Assembly: GCF_963921235.1 (NCBI RefSeq)
Contig: NC_086097.1
Span: forward strand, 167,898,001-167,962,000
Direction of reading: 5' to 3'
Length of the DNA: 64,000 bases
Source of the DNA: Mobula hypostoma
Taxonomy: Eukaryota
In this document: piece after piece, positions 23,150 through 36,055 of the stretch
Layout: the number at the start of each line of letters is the position of its first letter
Numbering within the stretch: position 1 is the first letter of the stretch
Position numbers and translations under genes: made by a program
Notes under the pieces: model-generated
Database searches by the model: none
The model's input: the letters and a program-made list of their open reading frames with translations, nothing else
What the model was told of the DNA's origin: nothing

Positions 23150-24135
23150 GTAACTGGATAAGTGTGAGCTGTTACATTTTGGGCAGGCAAATAAGCATAG
23201 GACTTTACCCTGGGGAGTCTTGTAGAATAAAGAGACCTTGGAGAACAAGTACGTAGAAACATAGAACTATGCAGTGCAGTACAAGCCCTTCTTTCCTCCA
23301 TTTTTCTACCATAGATGTGGTCATTTAAGAGTTTTCTAAATGTCCCTAATGTACCTACCTCTACCATCACTCCTAGCATTACACGCATCCACCACTCTGT
23401 TAAAAACCTTACCCCTATACTTGCCTCCAATCACCTTAAAGTTATACCTCCTTGTATTAGCCATTTCTGCCCTGAGAAAAAGTTTCTGGCTGCCCACTCT
23501 ACCTATGCCTCTTATCAACTTGTACACCTCTCCTCCTCCTCCTCCTCCTCCTCTACTCCAAAGGGGAAAAAAATCCTAGCTCACTCGATTTATCTTCATA
23601 TGACATGCCTTTTAGTCTATGCGGCATCCTGGTAAATCTTCTCGGCACCCTCTCTAATGAGGTGACCAGAACTGAACACAGTGTTCCAAGTGTGGTCTAA
23701 CCAGTGTTTTATAGAGCTGCAAAATTACCTCACTGTTCTTAAACTCAAACTCTTGACTAATGAAGGCCAACACACCAAATGCCTTTTTAACAACCCTATC
23801 AACTTGCATAGCAACCTTGGATCTGTGGACGTGGACCCAAAAGTCTCTCTCTTCCTCCGCACTGCCAAGAATCCTGCATTGGATCCTGCTTTGTGCCTTC
23901 AAGTTCTTCAGTGTGCTTTGTCACATCCTAAAAGTATTCAAGCAGGCTTGTGAAGCATGACCTTCCCCTCACAAAGCCATGCTGACTATTCCTCATCAGA
24001 TTATGCTTCTTGTAAAATCTGTCTCCAAGAGCCCTCTCCAATAATTTGCCCACCACTGAAAATTCGCAGATCTATAATTCCCTGGGTTATCCATATTCCC
24101 TTTCTTGGACAGAGGAATAATATTTGCCACCCTCC
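23150..24135 (-). mobile_element. Rearranged CR1 fragments
   Basis: VKKAFGVLAFIS...LYKTLVRPHLEHCVQFWSPH; pieces are out of order. Confidence 0.8.
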
Positions 24136-24139
24136 AATT

Positions 24140-24656
24140 AGTGTGGGGAAGAAGGCTGTTGGCACACTAGCTTTCAACAGTCAAGGTATTGAGTATAGAA
24201 ATTGAGATGTTATATTGCATGTGTACAAGAAGTTGATGAGGCCATATTTAGAATATTATGTTTATAATTTTGAACAATTTCATTCTGCTATCGGGAAGAT
24301 GCCACTAAGCAGGAAAAAATGCAGAGGAGAGTTATGAAAATGTTGAAAAACTGAGTAATGGAGAGAGGTTGAGTAGGTTGGGACTTTTTTCACTGGAGTA
24401 TACAAGAATGACAGGTGAGACTATAGAAGTGTATAAAATTACATGTGGCATAGATAGGGTGAATGCGCACAGTCTTTTTCCAAGGGTTAGGGGGTCAAGA
24501 ACTAGAAGGAATAGTGTAATGTGAAATGGAATGATTTATTAGGAATATGAGAGGCAGCTTTTTCACCCAGAGAATGTGCAGTATAGAGAGTGAGCTTATG
24601 GAAGGAGTGGTTGAGTCAGGTACATTAACAACATCTAAAAGGCATTTGGACAAGTA
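24140..24656 (+). mobile_element. CR1 3' fragment interrupted by Tc1 (resumes at 26284)
   Basis: KKAVGTLAFNSQGIEYRN and FFTQR motifs; GACAAGTA|CATGG split by the Tc1 element. Confidence 0.75.
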
Positions 24657-26283
24657 CAGTGCCTCTAAGAAGTATTCACTCCCCTTGGAGGTTTTCATGT
24701 TTTATTGTATTACATTGAATCATAGTGGATTTAATTTGGCTTTTTTGACACTGATCAACAGAAAAAGACCCTTTTGTGTCAAAGTGAAAACAGATCTCTA
24801 CAAAGTGATCTAAATTAATGGCAAATAGAAAACACAAAATAATTAACTGCATAAGTATACAGCCCCTTCAAGTCAGTGTTTAGTCGATGCACCTTTGGCA
24901 GCAATTACAGCTTGAGTCTGTGTGGATAGGCCTCTGTCAGCTTTGCAAATCTGGGCACTGCAATTTTTCCCCATTCTTCTTTACAAAACTGCTCCAGCTC
25001 TGTCAGATAGCACGGTCGTCGTAGTGAACAGCCCTTTTCAAGTCCAGCCACAAATTCTCAATTAGACTGAAGTCTGGACTCTGATTTGGCCACTCCAGGG
25101 CATTAACTTTGTTGTTTTTAAGCCATTCCTGTGTAGCTTTGGCTTTATGTTTGTGGTCATTGCCTTGCTGGAAAACACATCTTCTCCCAAGTCGCAGTTC
25201 TCTTGCAGACTCCAGGATTTCCCTGTATTTTGCTGCATTCATCTTACCTTTTATCTTCACAAGCCTTCCAGGGCCTGCTGCAGTAAAGCATCCTACAGCA
25301 TGATGCAGCCACTGCCATGCTTCACAGGAGGGATAGCATGTTTTTGATAATGTGCGGTGTTTGGCTTAAGCCAAACATAGCATTCAGTCTGATGGCCAAG
25401 AAGTTTGATTTTGGTTTCATCAGACCATAGAACCTTCTTCCAGCTGACTTCAAAGTCTCCCACATGCCTTCTGGCAAACTCTAGCTGAGATTTCATGTGA
25501 GTTTGTTTTCAACAGTGGCTTTCTCTTTGCCACTATCCCATAAAGCTATGACCAGTGAATCACGCAGGCAACAGTTGTTGTATGAAGTGTCTCTCCCACC
25601 TCGGCTGTTAGAGCTTGTAACTCCTCCAGAGCTGTCTTAGGTCTTTCGGTGGCCTCCCTCACTAATCCCCTTCTTGCACGGTCACTCAGTTTTTGAGGAC
25701 AGCCTGCTCCCGGCAGATTAACAGCTGTACCATATTCTTTCCATTTCCTGATGATTGGCTTAACTGGATATTCAAGGGATATTCAGAGGCTTGGAGGTTT
25801 TCTTGCATCCATCTCCTAACGTACTTTTCAATAACCTTTTTGCGAAGTTGTTTGTAGTGTTCTTTTGTCTTCGTGGTGTAGTTTTTGCCAGGATACTGAC
25901 TCACCAGAAGTTGGACTTCCAGATACACGTGTATTTTTACTACAATCAGTTGAAATGCCTTGACTGCACACAGCTCTCCAAAAAGAGATCACAATTTAAC
26001 TAATTATGTGACTTTTAAACCAATTGGCTGCACCAGTGATGATTTGGTGTGTCATAATAAAGGGAGTGAATACTTCTGCAATCAATTATTTTGTGTTTTA
26101 TATTTGTAATTAATTTAGATCACTTTGTAGAGATCTGTTTTCACTTTGACATGAAAGAATCTTTTTTTTCTGTTGATCAGTGTCAAAAAAGCTAACTTAA
26201 TTTGACCTTGATTTAATGTTGTAAAACAATAAAACATGAAAACTTCCAAGGGGCGGTGTGGGTGAGTACTTTTATAGGCACTG
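24657..26283 (-). mobile_element. Full-length Tc1-like DNA transposon with long (~210 bp) TIRs
   Basis: CAGTGCCT...AGGCACTG ends; TA TSD (24655-24656 / 26284-26285); long inverted repeats. Confidence 0.93.
24873..25874 (-). pseudogene. Tc1 transposase pseudogene
   Basis: (T)KTKEHYKQLRKKVIEK, VLWSDETK, PVKHGSGCIML, FQQGNDHKH (second catalytic D changed to G), WPNQSPDFSLIENLW, GASTKH*; start codon mutated; frameshifts. Confidence 0.9.
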
Positions 26284-27141
26284 TACATGGCTACAAAAAG
26301 ATAAGCAGGATAGGGGCCAAACACAGGCTAAGGCAATGAGCTCAGGTGAGAATCCTGGTCACTATGGACAATAATGGACATTTCAGGACATGACCCTGCA
26401 TCAACATGGGCACAGCAATAGCCTCACCTTTGTCACCCTGCACTCTCACATGAGTGCGTTCCACGCCCGGCTTGATGCCGAGCTCTTTTCTCATTACCGC
26501 CACCTCTGTGACTGTTCCTTTGGGAACGAGTCCTCAACCCCTTCACTGGTGACCCCTTCACACATCTCCAACCCTCTCCTTTCCCTTGAGCACACCTTCC
26601 CCTCCTCTTACCCACTCTTGACTTTTTCACTTCCAATTGCAAATGCCAGAAAAAGGGTGATATGGATTTGCCCCCTGAAATGCGAACTGTCCCTGTACTT
26701 CGGCAGATGTGACGCAGCCCACTAAACTCCTCCAGCATCTTTGCTCCATGTTCCAGCATCTGCAGTCTCTTTTGTGTCTCCAGTCTGAAACAACATACGC
26801 TTTTCATAATCTTAAATCTGTCCTCCTTTGAAATAATTTATTTGGCCAGTTAATCCATTCATTTTTTTTTACATGTAATTACACATCACATGTTTGAGGG
26901 CTTGCACTACATCATCCCAACTCTTTGTCAGCGACAGGATCTGAGCAAATCTGGGTAACAGCTTACCTGTGTCTTTAAACCCTTAATAAAGCAGGGTTTC
27001 CAAATTACTGGAACAATATATTCCGTATTTTGTTTTCCTGTCTGCAACCTCAAGGTACTGTATACTGGATGGTAGACAAAGAAAGCTTTTCACCGTGCCT
27101 CGGTTCATGTGAAAAGAATAAGTCAATTACAATTCCAAATC

Positions 27142-27286
27142 CCAAACAAGAGAAAATCTGCAGATGCTGGAAATCCGAGCAACACACACAACATGCTGGA
27201 GGAACTCGGGCTGAAACATTGACAGTATTCCTTTCCCACATGCTACCTGGCCTTTTGTGTTCCTCCAGCATTTGTGTGTGTTGCTC
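27142..27286. mobile_element. Fold-back Penelope-repeat insertion
   Basis: Inverted arms; 13-bp TSD ACAATTCCAAATC (27129-27141 / 27287-27299). Confidence 0.8.
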
Positions 27287-28179
27287 ACAATTCCAAATCA
27301 GGGGTTTCTGTTTGCCTTATTCTGTAATCTGATCTCTTCACTCTGCCACTGAGCTACTGCAGCCTTCTTGAGCAGCTGCAATCCTCCCGATCAGTGTGGT
27401 CCCATCATGCTCTTGGAGAGGAACTTCCATGATTTGAGCTCAGTGACAGTAGCAAATTGGAGGGAAATACGCAGTTAGGGAGATTGCTCATGCCTCGGTG
27501 TTTATAACCCTCACCTGATGATACAAGGGGAGTTGTTGGCCATGTAAGAGAGTGTAGGGTTGTGGGGCCACAAGGGAGTGGGACTGTTGAGACTACTGTA
27601 TTAGGAGCGGGCCTGAATTTTGTAGGCCTAATCTCCACTTCCTGTATCAAAGCAGATGGACAGGTTAGCTGATCATACATGGGCTACCCTTTATTATCTA
27701 ATGTTAAATTCCAAGCATGCTGGATAGTTTCTCTTTCATCTGCTCCTGGTTTGTGATAGAACAGCCAGATCTGGGATGGAGACAACATGGTATTCCAGGG
27801 CAGATGCTTGTTTGTGTGGCGAGGGGGGGTGGGGTAGGGTAGGGTATTGTGCTTCAGTGTGTGTATTCCTATGTGCATTTTGTAGAGTGTGTTTGTGCGT
27901 GCATGTGACATGCGTGCGCACGAGTGTACCAGTAAGAGTTTCTGTTAGTGCGTGTGCACCAGTGGAGAATGTGTGCACCTGATAAGCAAGCATCTATTGT
28001 GCGTGTGCGCGCGCCTGTGAGTGATGTGACTGTAGTGTGCATGTGTGTGTATGTATATGACTGTAGAATAACTTTTTACACTCAGTTGCAGAGTGTGTGT
28101 GTGTGTGAGTATGCGCACTTACCTGTATGTCTGTGCACTCAATTGCAGAATGTGTATGAACGTTCACAGTAGTGTAGCA

Positions 28180-28820
28180 ATAAAGTTCAAAGTAATTTTT
28201 ATTATCAAAGTACATATATGTCACCATATACAACAGTGAGGTTCATTTTCTTGTGGGCATACTCAGCAAATCTATAGAATAGATCAACCACAGTGCAGAA
28301 GACAATGAACTGTGCAAACGCAGGTATAAATAAATAGCAATAAGTAGCGAGAACATGAGATAAGAAGATAAAGAGTCCTTAAAGTGAGATCATTGGTTGT
28401 GGGAACATCTCAATGGATGGGCAAGTGAGTGTAGTTATCCCCTTCAAGAACCTGATGATTGAGGGGTAGTGACTGTTCCTGAACCTGGAGGTGTAAGTCC
28501 TAAGGCTCTTGTACCTCCTACCTGATGGCAGCAGCGAGAAAAGAGCATGGCCTGGGTGGTGGGGATCTCTGGTAATGGATGCTGTTTCCTACAACGGCAT
28601 TTCATGTAGATGTGCTGAATGGTTGGAAGGGCCGAATTTTCCATTGAAAGGCATTTCCAAACCAGGCTGAATGCAACTAGTCATTATGCTCTCCGCTACA
28701 CATCTATAGAAGTTTGTCAAAGTTTTTGATGTCATGCCGAATCTTTGCAGACTCTTTAGGAAGTAGAGGCACTGCCGTGCTTCCTTCGCAATTGCACTTA
28801 CGTGCTGGGTCTAGGACGCT
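28180..28820 (-). mobile_element. Rex1/Babar-type LINE 3' fragment
   Basis: LPTIQHIYMKCRCRK motif; similar to 11020-11830. Confidence 0.8.
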
Positions 28821-29095
28821 ATCACAGCTCGGAGTGTTTCAGAATTCAATTCTGGTGCCGTCTATAAGGAGCTTGTACGTTCTCCACATGAACCAGGTGA
28901 TTTTCCTGCAGGTTCCTCCCACAGTCCAAAGACGTACCAGCTGGATATTGTAAATTGCGTTCACCAGCAATTTTTATGTGTGTTGATTGTAAATTGCCTT
29001 TTGTGTTAATAGGCGGCTTTGCCGGGTAGTGTGGCTCGTTGGGCTGAAAGGGCCTGTTCTGCCCTCCATCACTAAATAAATAAATAAATTTACTG

Positions 29096-29126
<31 letters not shown>

Positions 29127-30059
29127 CACGCGCGCTCTTCGTTGTACAGTGTGTGTGAACTCAACTATTAAGTGTACATGTGTGCTCGTGTATCCGAACC
29201 AAAGGGGACAGTGTGCACGCACTTGCATGCACCTGTGGCATGGATGTGTTTTTGTGAGCGTGTGCACTCATATGCAGAGTGAGAGTATGTGTATGTGCGC
29301 ACGTGCGTTTGTGTGTGTATGAGAGAACATCCAGTGCGCCATATATTGTGGCATGGATCAAAGAATTTTAGTGGACCCTGAAATGCCTTTTTCAAGGGTT
29401 GCATTGAACGCATTAACATTAACAAAGGCCGGTTGTTTAGGTTGCAGCCATTTCTAAAATAAATCTTTCAGTTTTGAATATAATAATAGCTTCCTCTCAC
29501 TTTGAACCTAGTGTGCAAGATGGAATTAAATGCATAACAGAACTTCACATTCTGTATATTTAAAACTCCAGATCAAATAGTTTTCTTCTCCAATTACAGA
29601 GGCGGAGAAAAATACCAAATAGATAAGATGTATATTAGGGCTACATTAAGGTTTCTAACCATGTTTGGTCAAACAGAATCATTTAGTGATGCATCAGCAT
29701 TAACCAATAGACTGGGTAGTATCAAACAGTCCGGTTCTCAGTATTTTAAACAGTAGGAAACAGTGTTTTATAACCATAAGTGTCCAATAAGACGGAAAGA
29801 GATTGAACAATGTCTTCTGTGATGTTAAATTGATTGTGTAAAGTATTGCGTCTAAATTATTAAAAGCAACAAACTGATCTCGGGCATCTGGCTGCTCTGT
29901 TTTATTTCTGGGAGGTTGGAATTATAGCATGTTTAGCACAGAACAAATTCTGAGGGTTTTTTTTCTCTCCCCAAGTGAAATCGTCTGTTGCTGAATGTGG
30001 TTGCTGCCAGGGCATTTTTTGTAGGAATATTTCTGCTGAAAATTCTGTCGTCTGTTGTT

Positions 30060-30400
30060 CATCCACCAGCGAGGGCCCCATCCCCCTAAGTGCTTATGTA
30101 AACCAGCGGCAGAGCCAAGGCAAACTGACGGATGGCTATTTTTAGCAGCACCACTGCAGAGCAGGAACTGGGTCCGAGTCACGTGGGCCTCGCTGAGTCA
30201 AAGGGAGTATCCCAGCAATGTGCAGTAAACAAAGGGGAAGGTCAGCGGGGGAGCTTCTCGCCCCTCAATCCCAACCCCCACCCCCACAGGTACAGTGCAG
30301 TGTTTCCAGCACGCTGCATTCGAGCTCAAATTCACAGTCCCGTCCGAAAATAGGATTTACAGTCATTCACTTTAAAAATAGCACTTCAAAGAAAATGGAC
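30060..30400. promoter_or_regulatory. Candidate enhancer: MEF2 x2, E-box, AP-1 and FOX motifs
   Basis: CTATTTTTAG 30136-30145, GTCACGTG 30178-30185, TGAGTCA 30194-30200, GTAAACA 30225-30231, TTAAAAATAG 30372-30381; repeat-free and locally CpG-enriched. Confidence 0.5.
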
Positions 30401-31689
30401 CCGTCACCAAGGGCAAACACATGGGAGTTTATAAATACAATGTTTACACTATTCTTCATTTATCGAGGTCCCGGCGGGTACGTCTATTAATCATGGAATG
30501 GTAGTACAACAGAGGGTGACCATTCAACCCGTTCACTCTCTGGTTGTATATGAGAACAATCCAGCCGGTTGCATTACCCCGCCGTATCTCCGCTTTCCCG
30601 TTAGCACAGTGCAATGAATTTGCCTCCTACCCCTCGCAGTACATTTACTGCACGAACAGCTCAGAGTGTAAAAATTACTTATAGTTAATTGTTTGTCCTC
30701 TAGATTTTGACGCTTCTACCCGTGGGAACAGTTTGTCTTTATTCAGTCTATTTCTTTCATTATTTTAAACACCTCCATCAGATTTCCTTGCAACCTCCTT
30801 CATTCCACGGAGAACAATCCAGCACCTCCATTCCGTCTACGCACCTGGAGTCACAGAGTAACAGGGTACAGAACCAGCCCCTTTCACCCAACTTATCCAT
30901 ACCCACCTAAACTAATCCCTTTTGGCCTGATCCCTCCAAACCTTTCCTACCTATATACTTATACAAATGTATCTTAAATGTCATTATTGTACCTGCCTAA
31001 ACCACTTCCTCTGGCAGCTTGTTCTATAAAATCATTTTGAGAAATCTCTGCACCCTCTCCTTTATTCACATAGCACCCAGATCTGGCCACAGTACTCCGG
31101 TTGTTGGTACTTCTTGAAATGTTTATCGTGACTTTTGTTGCTCAGATTCAATGTTTATATGTTTAATGGCTAGGATACTGTCTGCTATTTTAACCACTTA
31201 CAATAAGCTATTCACATGCCCACCCAGATCTCATTCTTTCTACCAAAATGAAACACATCACATTTCTCTTAATTAAACTCTTACCTGTCTATTCCACCAG
31301 TCAGTCTGAGATCCATTACTTACCCTCCTCACCGTTACTTCAGCTCCAGGTGCAGTATTGTGTAATTTACTACTCTGGAAATTGTGCCCAGTACAGTACA
31401 CAAAAGTCTATACAGTATACGTATAGAAAAGCTGTGGTTCAGTACTGACCTTTGGGGAACTCTCCTGAATACTCTTGACAAACGTCCGTTCACCACTGCT
31501 TCCTACGTCCTTTTACTAAACCACTTTTCTATCTCCACTGCCATAGCCTTTTTCATTCCATGGCACTGAATATTAATGGCAGTGGCACCATATCAAATAC
31601 CTTACGTAACAGTAATAATTATTATCATTATTATTCCTTGTGCCAATATAGGAACACAAAAAATGATCAAAATGTATCAGTAAAGACCA

Positions 31690-32372
31690 AAAAATTCAAG
31701 ATGATAAATGTAGAAAATGCTGAGGAAAAAAAGAACAGAAACAATCTGACACATTACAGGATCCTGTAGCAATTTAACACAATCTGATTACTTACATAGG
31801 GATAATCAAGTGGCAAATATTATTCATCAAAATCTTGCTTTAAAATACAAACTCATAAATGAAATCACACCTTACTATAAATACAAGCTTGATCCAGTTT
31901 TATAGTCAGAATACCACAAATTGTAGTATGACCGGTTAGTTATTACAGATGGGACAATCCATAATAACCGTCCAGATATAATAATACAGGGTAAACAAGC
32001 AAGAACACCTTATTTAATAGATATAGCCATAACAAACACACATAACTCACAGAAATCAATAAATGAAAAACACCAGAAATATACTGAATTAAAAGAGGAA
32101 ATTAAAAGACTTTGGAACATGAACAAGTTATACACATTGTCCCAATAGTAATGACTACAACCAGTGTCATCCCAGAGTCACTACACAATAGCATCAAACA
32201 ATTAGGGCTACAGAGCAATGTCTTTGTAAATCTTCAGAAAGCCACAATACTAAACACCACTAGAATAGTCTCAAAGTTCCTAGCAATTGGGAAATGAGAG
32301 TTATGGCTATGCCCGTACCTCAGGTTTTACCAGATTGAGCTGAGAAAAAATAAAAAATGAAAAATAATAATA
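31690..32372 (+). mobile_element. R4-clade (Dong/Rex6-like) non-LTR 3' fragment with restriction-like endonuclease
   Basis: CRKC...HITGSC zinc knuckle, NRPDIII...LIDIA...EKHQKY RLE motif, LQKATILNTTRIV end, A/TAA-rich tail. Confidence 0.8.
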
Positions 32373-32589
32373 GCTTTATTTATATAGCACATTTCATACA
32401 TTAAGATGCAGACTCAAACTGCTTTACATAGATTGTAACAATAAATCAATATAGTAAAAAGAGACAAAATTAAAAATCATAAGTAAAGCCAAACATATAG
32501 AATAAAATGTAATTAAAAATACCAAATTATATAAATATCATCATCATCACAAGCATTAAGTAATCCTATAAGTCCTTAAGGTTCCTATT

Positions 32590-32775
32590 TGCGCCTTGTG
32601 GCACACTGGGCAGCATTTTTGTTGTTTCTTTAGCACTTGTCTGTTTTTTACGAGGCTGAGTTGCTTGCTTGATGCTCAACCCGTCACAGAAGGAAATCAT
32701 GCAGGGGGTCGGCCAGATTCGAACCGAGGAGCATTTGCATCGAAGTCCGGTGCTGATGCCACTACCCCACCCATA
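32590..32775 (-). mobile_element. tRNA-derived SINE
   Basis: Minus strand GGTGGGGTAGTGG (A box) ... GGTTCGAATC (B box), followed by a non-tRNA body. Confidence 0.6.
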
Positions 32776-33204
32776 AGTAGGCCAAATTTAAAAAGTAGAT
32801 TTCTAGAAATGTTTTGAAATGTTGCACAGTACTAATCTGGCATATTTCAGTCAGTAGAGTATCCTAGATTTTTGGTGTATAAGAACAAAAAGCCACATCA
32901 CCAGTTTTTATATGCTTGGCTCTAGGAACACTAAGCAAACCAGTATTCATAGATGTAGAATTACAAATAGGGATGGAAAGGGATAGACACTCCAAAATAT
33001 ATGGAGGAGCTAGGGTAGTCAGAGCCTAACAATTAAGAGTAAAGGACACAAGCAGCCAGTGGAATGATGCCAAAATAGTACATATAATATATTACCACTT
33101 CTACTATTTTACTCTCATCAACCCTCTCCATTAATTTATCAAAAAAGCTATCAAGTCATTTAGACATAATTTGCTTTTAGCAAATTCATCCTGGCTTTTT
33201 TCAA

Positions 33205-33900
33205 TCTGAAAAGCAGCCAGAGTCATCAAAAATCGCACCCACCCTGGGCATTCTCTTTTCTCCTCTCTCCCCTCGGGCGGAGAGGATACAAATGCCTTTA
33301 AGCACATACCACCAGGCTCAAGGACAGCTTCTGTCCGATTGTTATCAGACTCTTGGACGGACCTCTTGTATGACAAGATGGACTCTTGGCCTCACAATCT
33401 ACCTCGTTATTTTTTTATTATTATTTTATTGAGAAACAGTGCGGAATAGGTCCTTCTGACCTTTCGAGCCGTACTGTCCAGCAATCCTCTGATTTAATCG
33501 TAGCCTAATCTCAGGACAATTTACAATGACCAATTGACCTACTGACCGGTACGTCTTTGGACTGTGGGAAGAAACCGGAGGACTCGGAGGAAACCCATGT
33601 GGTCACAAGGAGACTGTACAAGCTCCTTACAGGCAGTGACGGGAATTGAACCTGGGTCACCTGTACTATAAAGCGTTGTGCTAACCACTACGCTGCTGTT
33701 TCACCCTACAGTATTGTACTTTATTGTTTACCTGCACGGCACTCCTTTGGTAGCCTTCACACCTACTTTCTGCATTGTTATTGTTTTACCTGATCCTAGC
33801 TCAGTGCACAGTGTAATGACTTGATCTGTATAAACAGTTTACAAGACAAGCTTTTCACTGTATCTCAGTACATGTGACAATAATTAACCAATACTAATAG
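33205..33900 (+). mobile_element. Rex1-type 3' tail interrupted by a SINE
   Basis: HPPWAFSF/TTRLKDSF-like segment; resumes after the SINE at about 33710. Confidence 0.65.
33410..33700 (-). mobile_element. HE1-like tRNA-derived SINE
   Basis: GCAGCGTAGTGGTTAGC A box, GGTTCAATTCCC B box, CCTCCGGTTTCTTCCCACAGTCCAAAGACGTAC core, (TAA)n tail. Confidence 0.8.
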
Positions 33901-34678
33901 CAACCCACACTGGTAAATCTGCCCCTAAATATTGTCCCTTGAACATTCCCCATTTCTGAGGTCAGTTAAGTGCTTTATAATTGTTGTATGATGTTACAAT
34001 AGCAATTTGTAAACTAAATCTTGTAGTTTTGTAGTCCTCAGCCATCACACCCGAATCTCCAGATGTCTGGAAGATTATGACCAGAGTCTTTACAAATCAG
34101 CAACCTCAAATGCATCTCATCCAGCCAGGGGATTTAAGTACACCAGTATCGGATTCATGAAGGGCTTTGCGATCAGTGTCATAAAGTTATACAACATAGA
34201 AACAGGCCCCTCAGGCCAGCTCATTCATGCCATCCTGCGCCAGTCCTATTGCCTGCATTTACCAATATCCCTTGGACGTGGCAGGAGAGGAGAAACCAGG
34301 TGGCATGGCTGATTGGCACTGCATTTTTTCATGCTGTTCCTGTTATGAATGGTGGAGGAGGCAGAATTACTGATAACTTTCAAAAGAAAAATTGATAAGT
34401 ATTTGAAAGGGGAAACACTTCCATTACCGTAAGGGGAAAGCCTAGTTCATTCAAAGAGCTGGCACACATTGTGGATAAAATGTCTACTGCCTAACTCCAT
34501 ATTATATGTTGCCAATGTAGTTTGTGTGTTAAAACCTGGGACAGCAGTGTAAAGCAGCACACACAAAATGCAGGTCAGGCAGCATCTGCAGAGGGAAATG
34601 ATCAGTTGGTGTTTCGGACCGAAACCCTTCATCAGGAGTCAAATGTAATGGGTGTGTCCCAGAACAAGTTATTTAAGT

Positions 34679-35315
34679 CAGGGGTCCCCAACCATTTTTG
34701 CACCGTGGACCGGTTTAATATTGACAATATTCAACCGGGGGGGGGGGGTGTTCAAGTAGGGTTAAACTCACCTCAACATGTCTTTTACAGTTAGGGTTGC
34801 CAACTTTCTCACTCCCAAATAAGGGACAAAAGTAGCAGTCAAATCCTGGGACACTTTACCCCAGGAAAGACTACCATGACCGTGAAGCTTTGCGCGGGCA
34901 CCTGTGTGCACGTGCGTGACGTGCGCATGTGATGTGCACATGTGCGCACTTGCCGAATTTTTCCCCCCACAAATGCTTTTACTATATGTTAGTGTTATTT
35001 ATTTTCAGTTTTATGTGTTATTTGGTATGATTTGTTAGGTTATTTTTTGGGTCTGGGAATGCTCAAAAAATTTTCCCATATAAATTAATGGTAATTGCTT
35101 CTTCGCTTTATGCCATTTCGGCACGAAAGGTTTCATAGGAACACTCCATCTTAGCGGGAGAAATACGGGACATTTGGCAACCCTATGTTCAAGTTCAACA
35201 GTGCGTGACAGGGAATGAGGAAAGGTGCATCTGACTCCTTTCGTTTCCTCACAGCACGGTAGCACAGGCTTTGCGGCCCAGTACCGGTCCGCAGCCTGGT
35301 GGTTAGGGACCGCTG
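34679..35315. mobile_element. Non-autonomous hAT-type composite MITE, copy 2 (inverted relative to copy 1)
   Basis: CAGGGGTCCCCAACC ... GGTTAGGGACCGCTG; 8-bp TSD ATTTAAGT / ACTTAAGT. Confidence 0.85.
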
Positions 35316-35737
35316 ACTTAAGTGATCCTGATGAATAATGCGGAAAACAGAAATTACTTGTGCATAAAATTCATTTTTTAAAACCCTTAAGTAAGAAGCG
35401 AAGAAATGCTAGCTATTATAAAAGTCTATTTGCAATTTCTCTTCAGGATGTGGGTGTTGCTGTCAAAGCCAGCATTTGGCGCCATTCCCTGAAATAACCA
35501 TGAAACTGTCTAATGAATGTAAGTGCTGTCAGTGAACCCCAGTGACAAGGAGAGGGAGGTTGGATAAACTGAAGTTGTTTTCTCTGGAGCAGCTGAGGCT
35601 AAGGGGAAACCTGACAGAGGCTTATAAGATTATGAGAGGCATAGATAAAATAGACAGCCTTTTCCATAGTTGAAATGTCAAATACAAGAGGGCATACGTT
35701 TAAGGTGTTAGGGGAAAATTAGGGGGAGGGGTGAAGA

Positions 35738-36055
35738 GAGCAGCATGGTAGTATAGTAGTTAGCGTAACACTTTTCAGCATCAGTGATTAGAGTTCAATT
35801 CCCACCACTGTCTGTAAGGAGTTTGTACATTCTCCCCGTGACCATGTGGGTTTGCTCCAGGTTCTCTGGTTGCCTTGCACATGTTCAAAGACAGACAGGT
35901 TAGGAATAGTAAATTGTGGCCATAGATGCCGGAAGCAGCTGCCCCAGCACATTCCAGTACCGTTGGCAATTGACACAAACAACAAGTTTCAATGTGTGTT
36001 TCACTGTTTGGATGTACATGTGACAAATAACGCTAATCTTTATTTATTATTTAAA
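35738..36055 (+). mobile_element. HE1-like SINE
   Basis: GGTAGTATAGTAGTTAGC...GAGTTCAATTCCC head and TGTACATTCTCCCCGTGACC core. Confidence 0.7.

Noticed and set aside
32700..32775. tRNA gene (also 42931-43000 and 33630-33700)
   Set aside because: A and B boxes are present but there is no proper cloverleaf, and the sequence runs into a SINE body.
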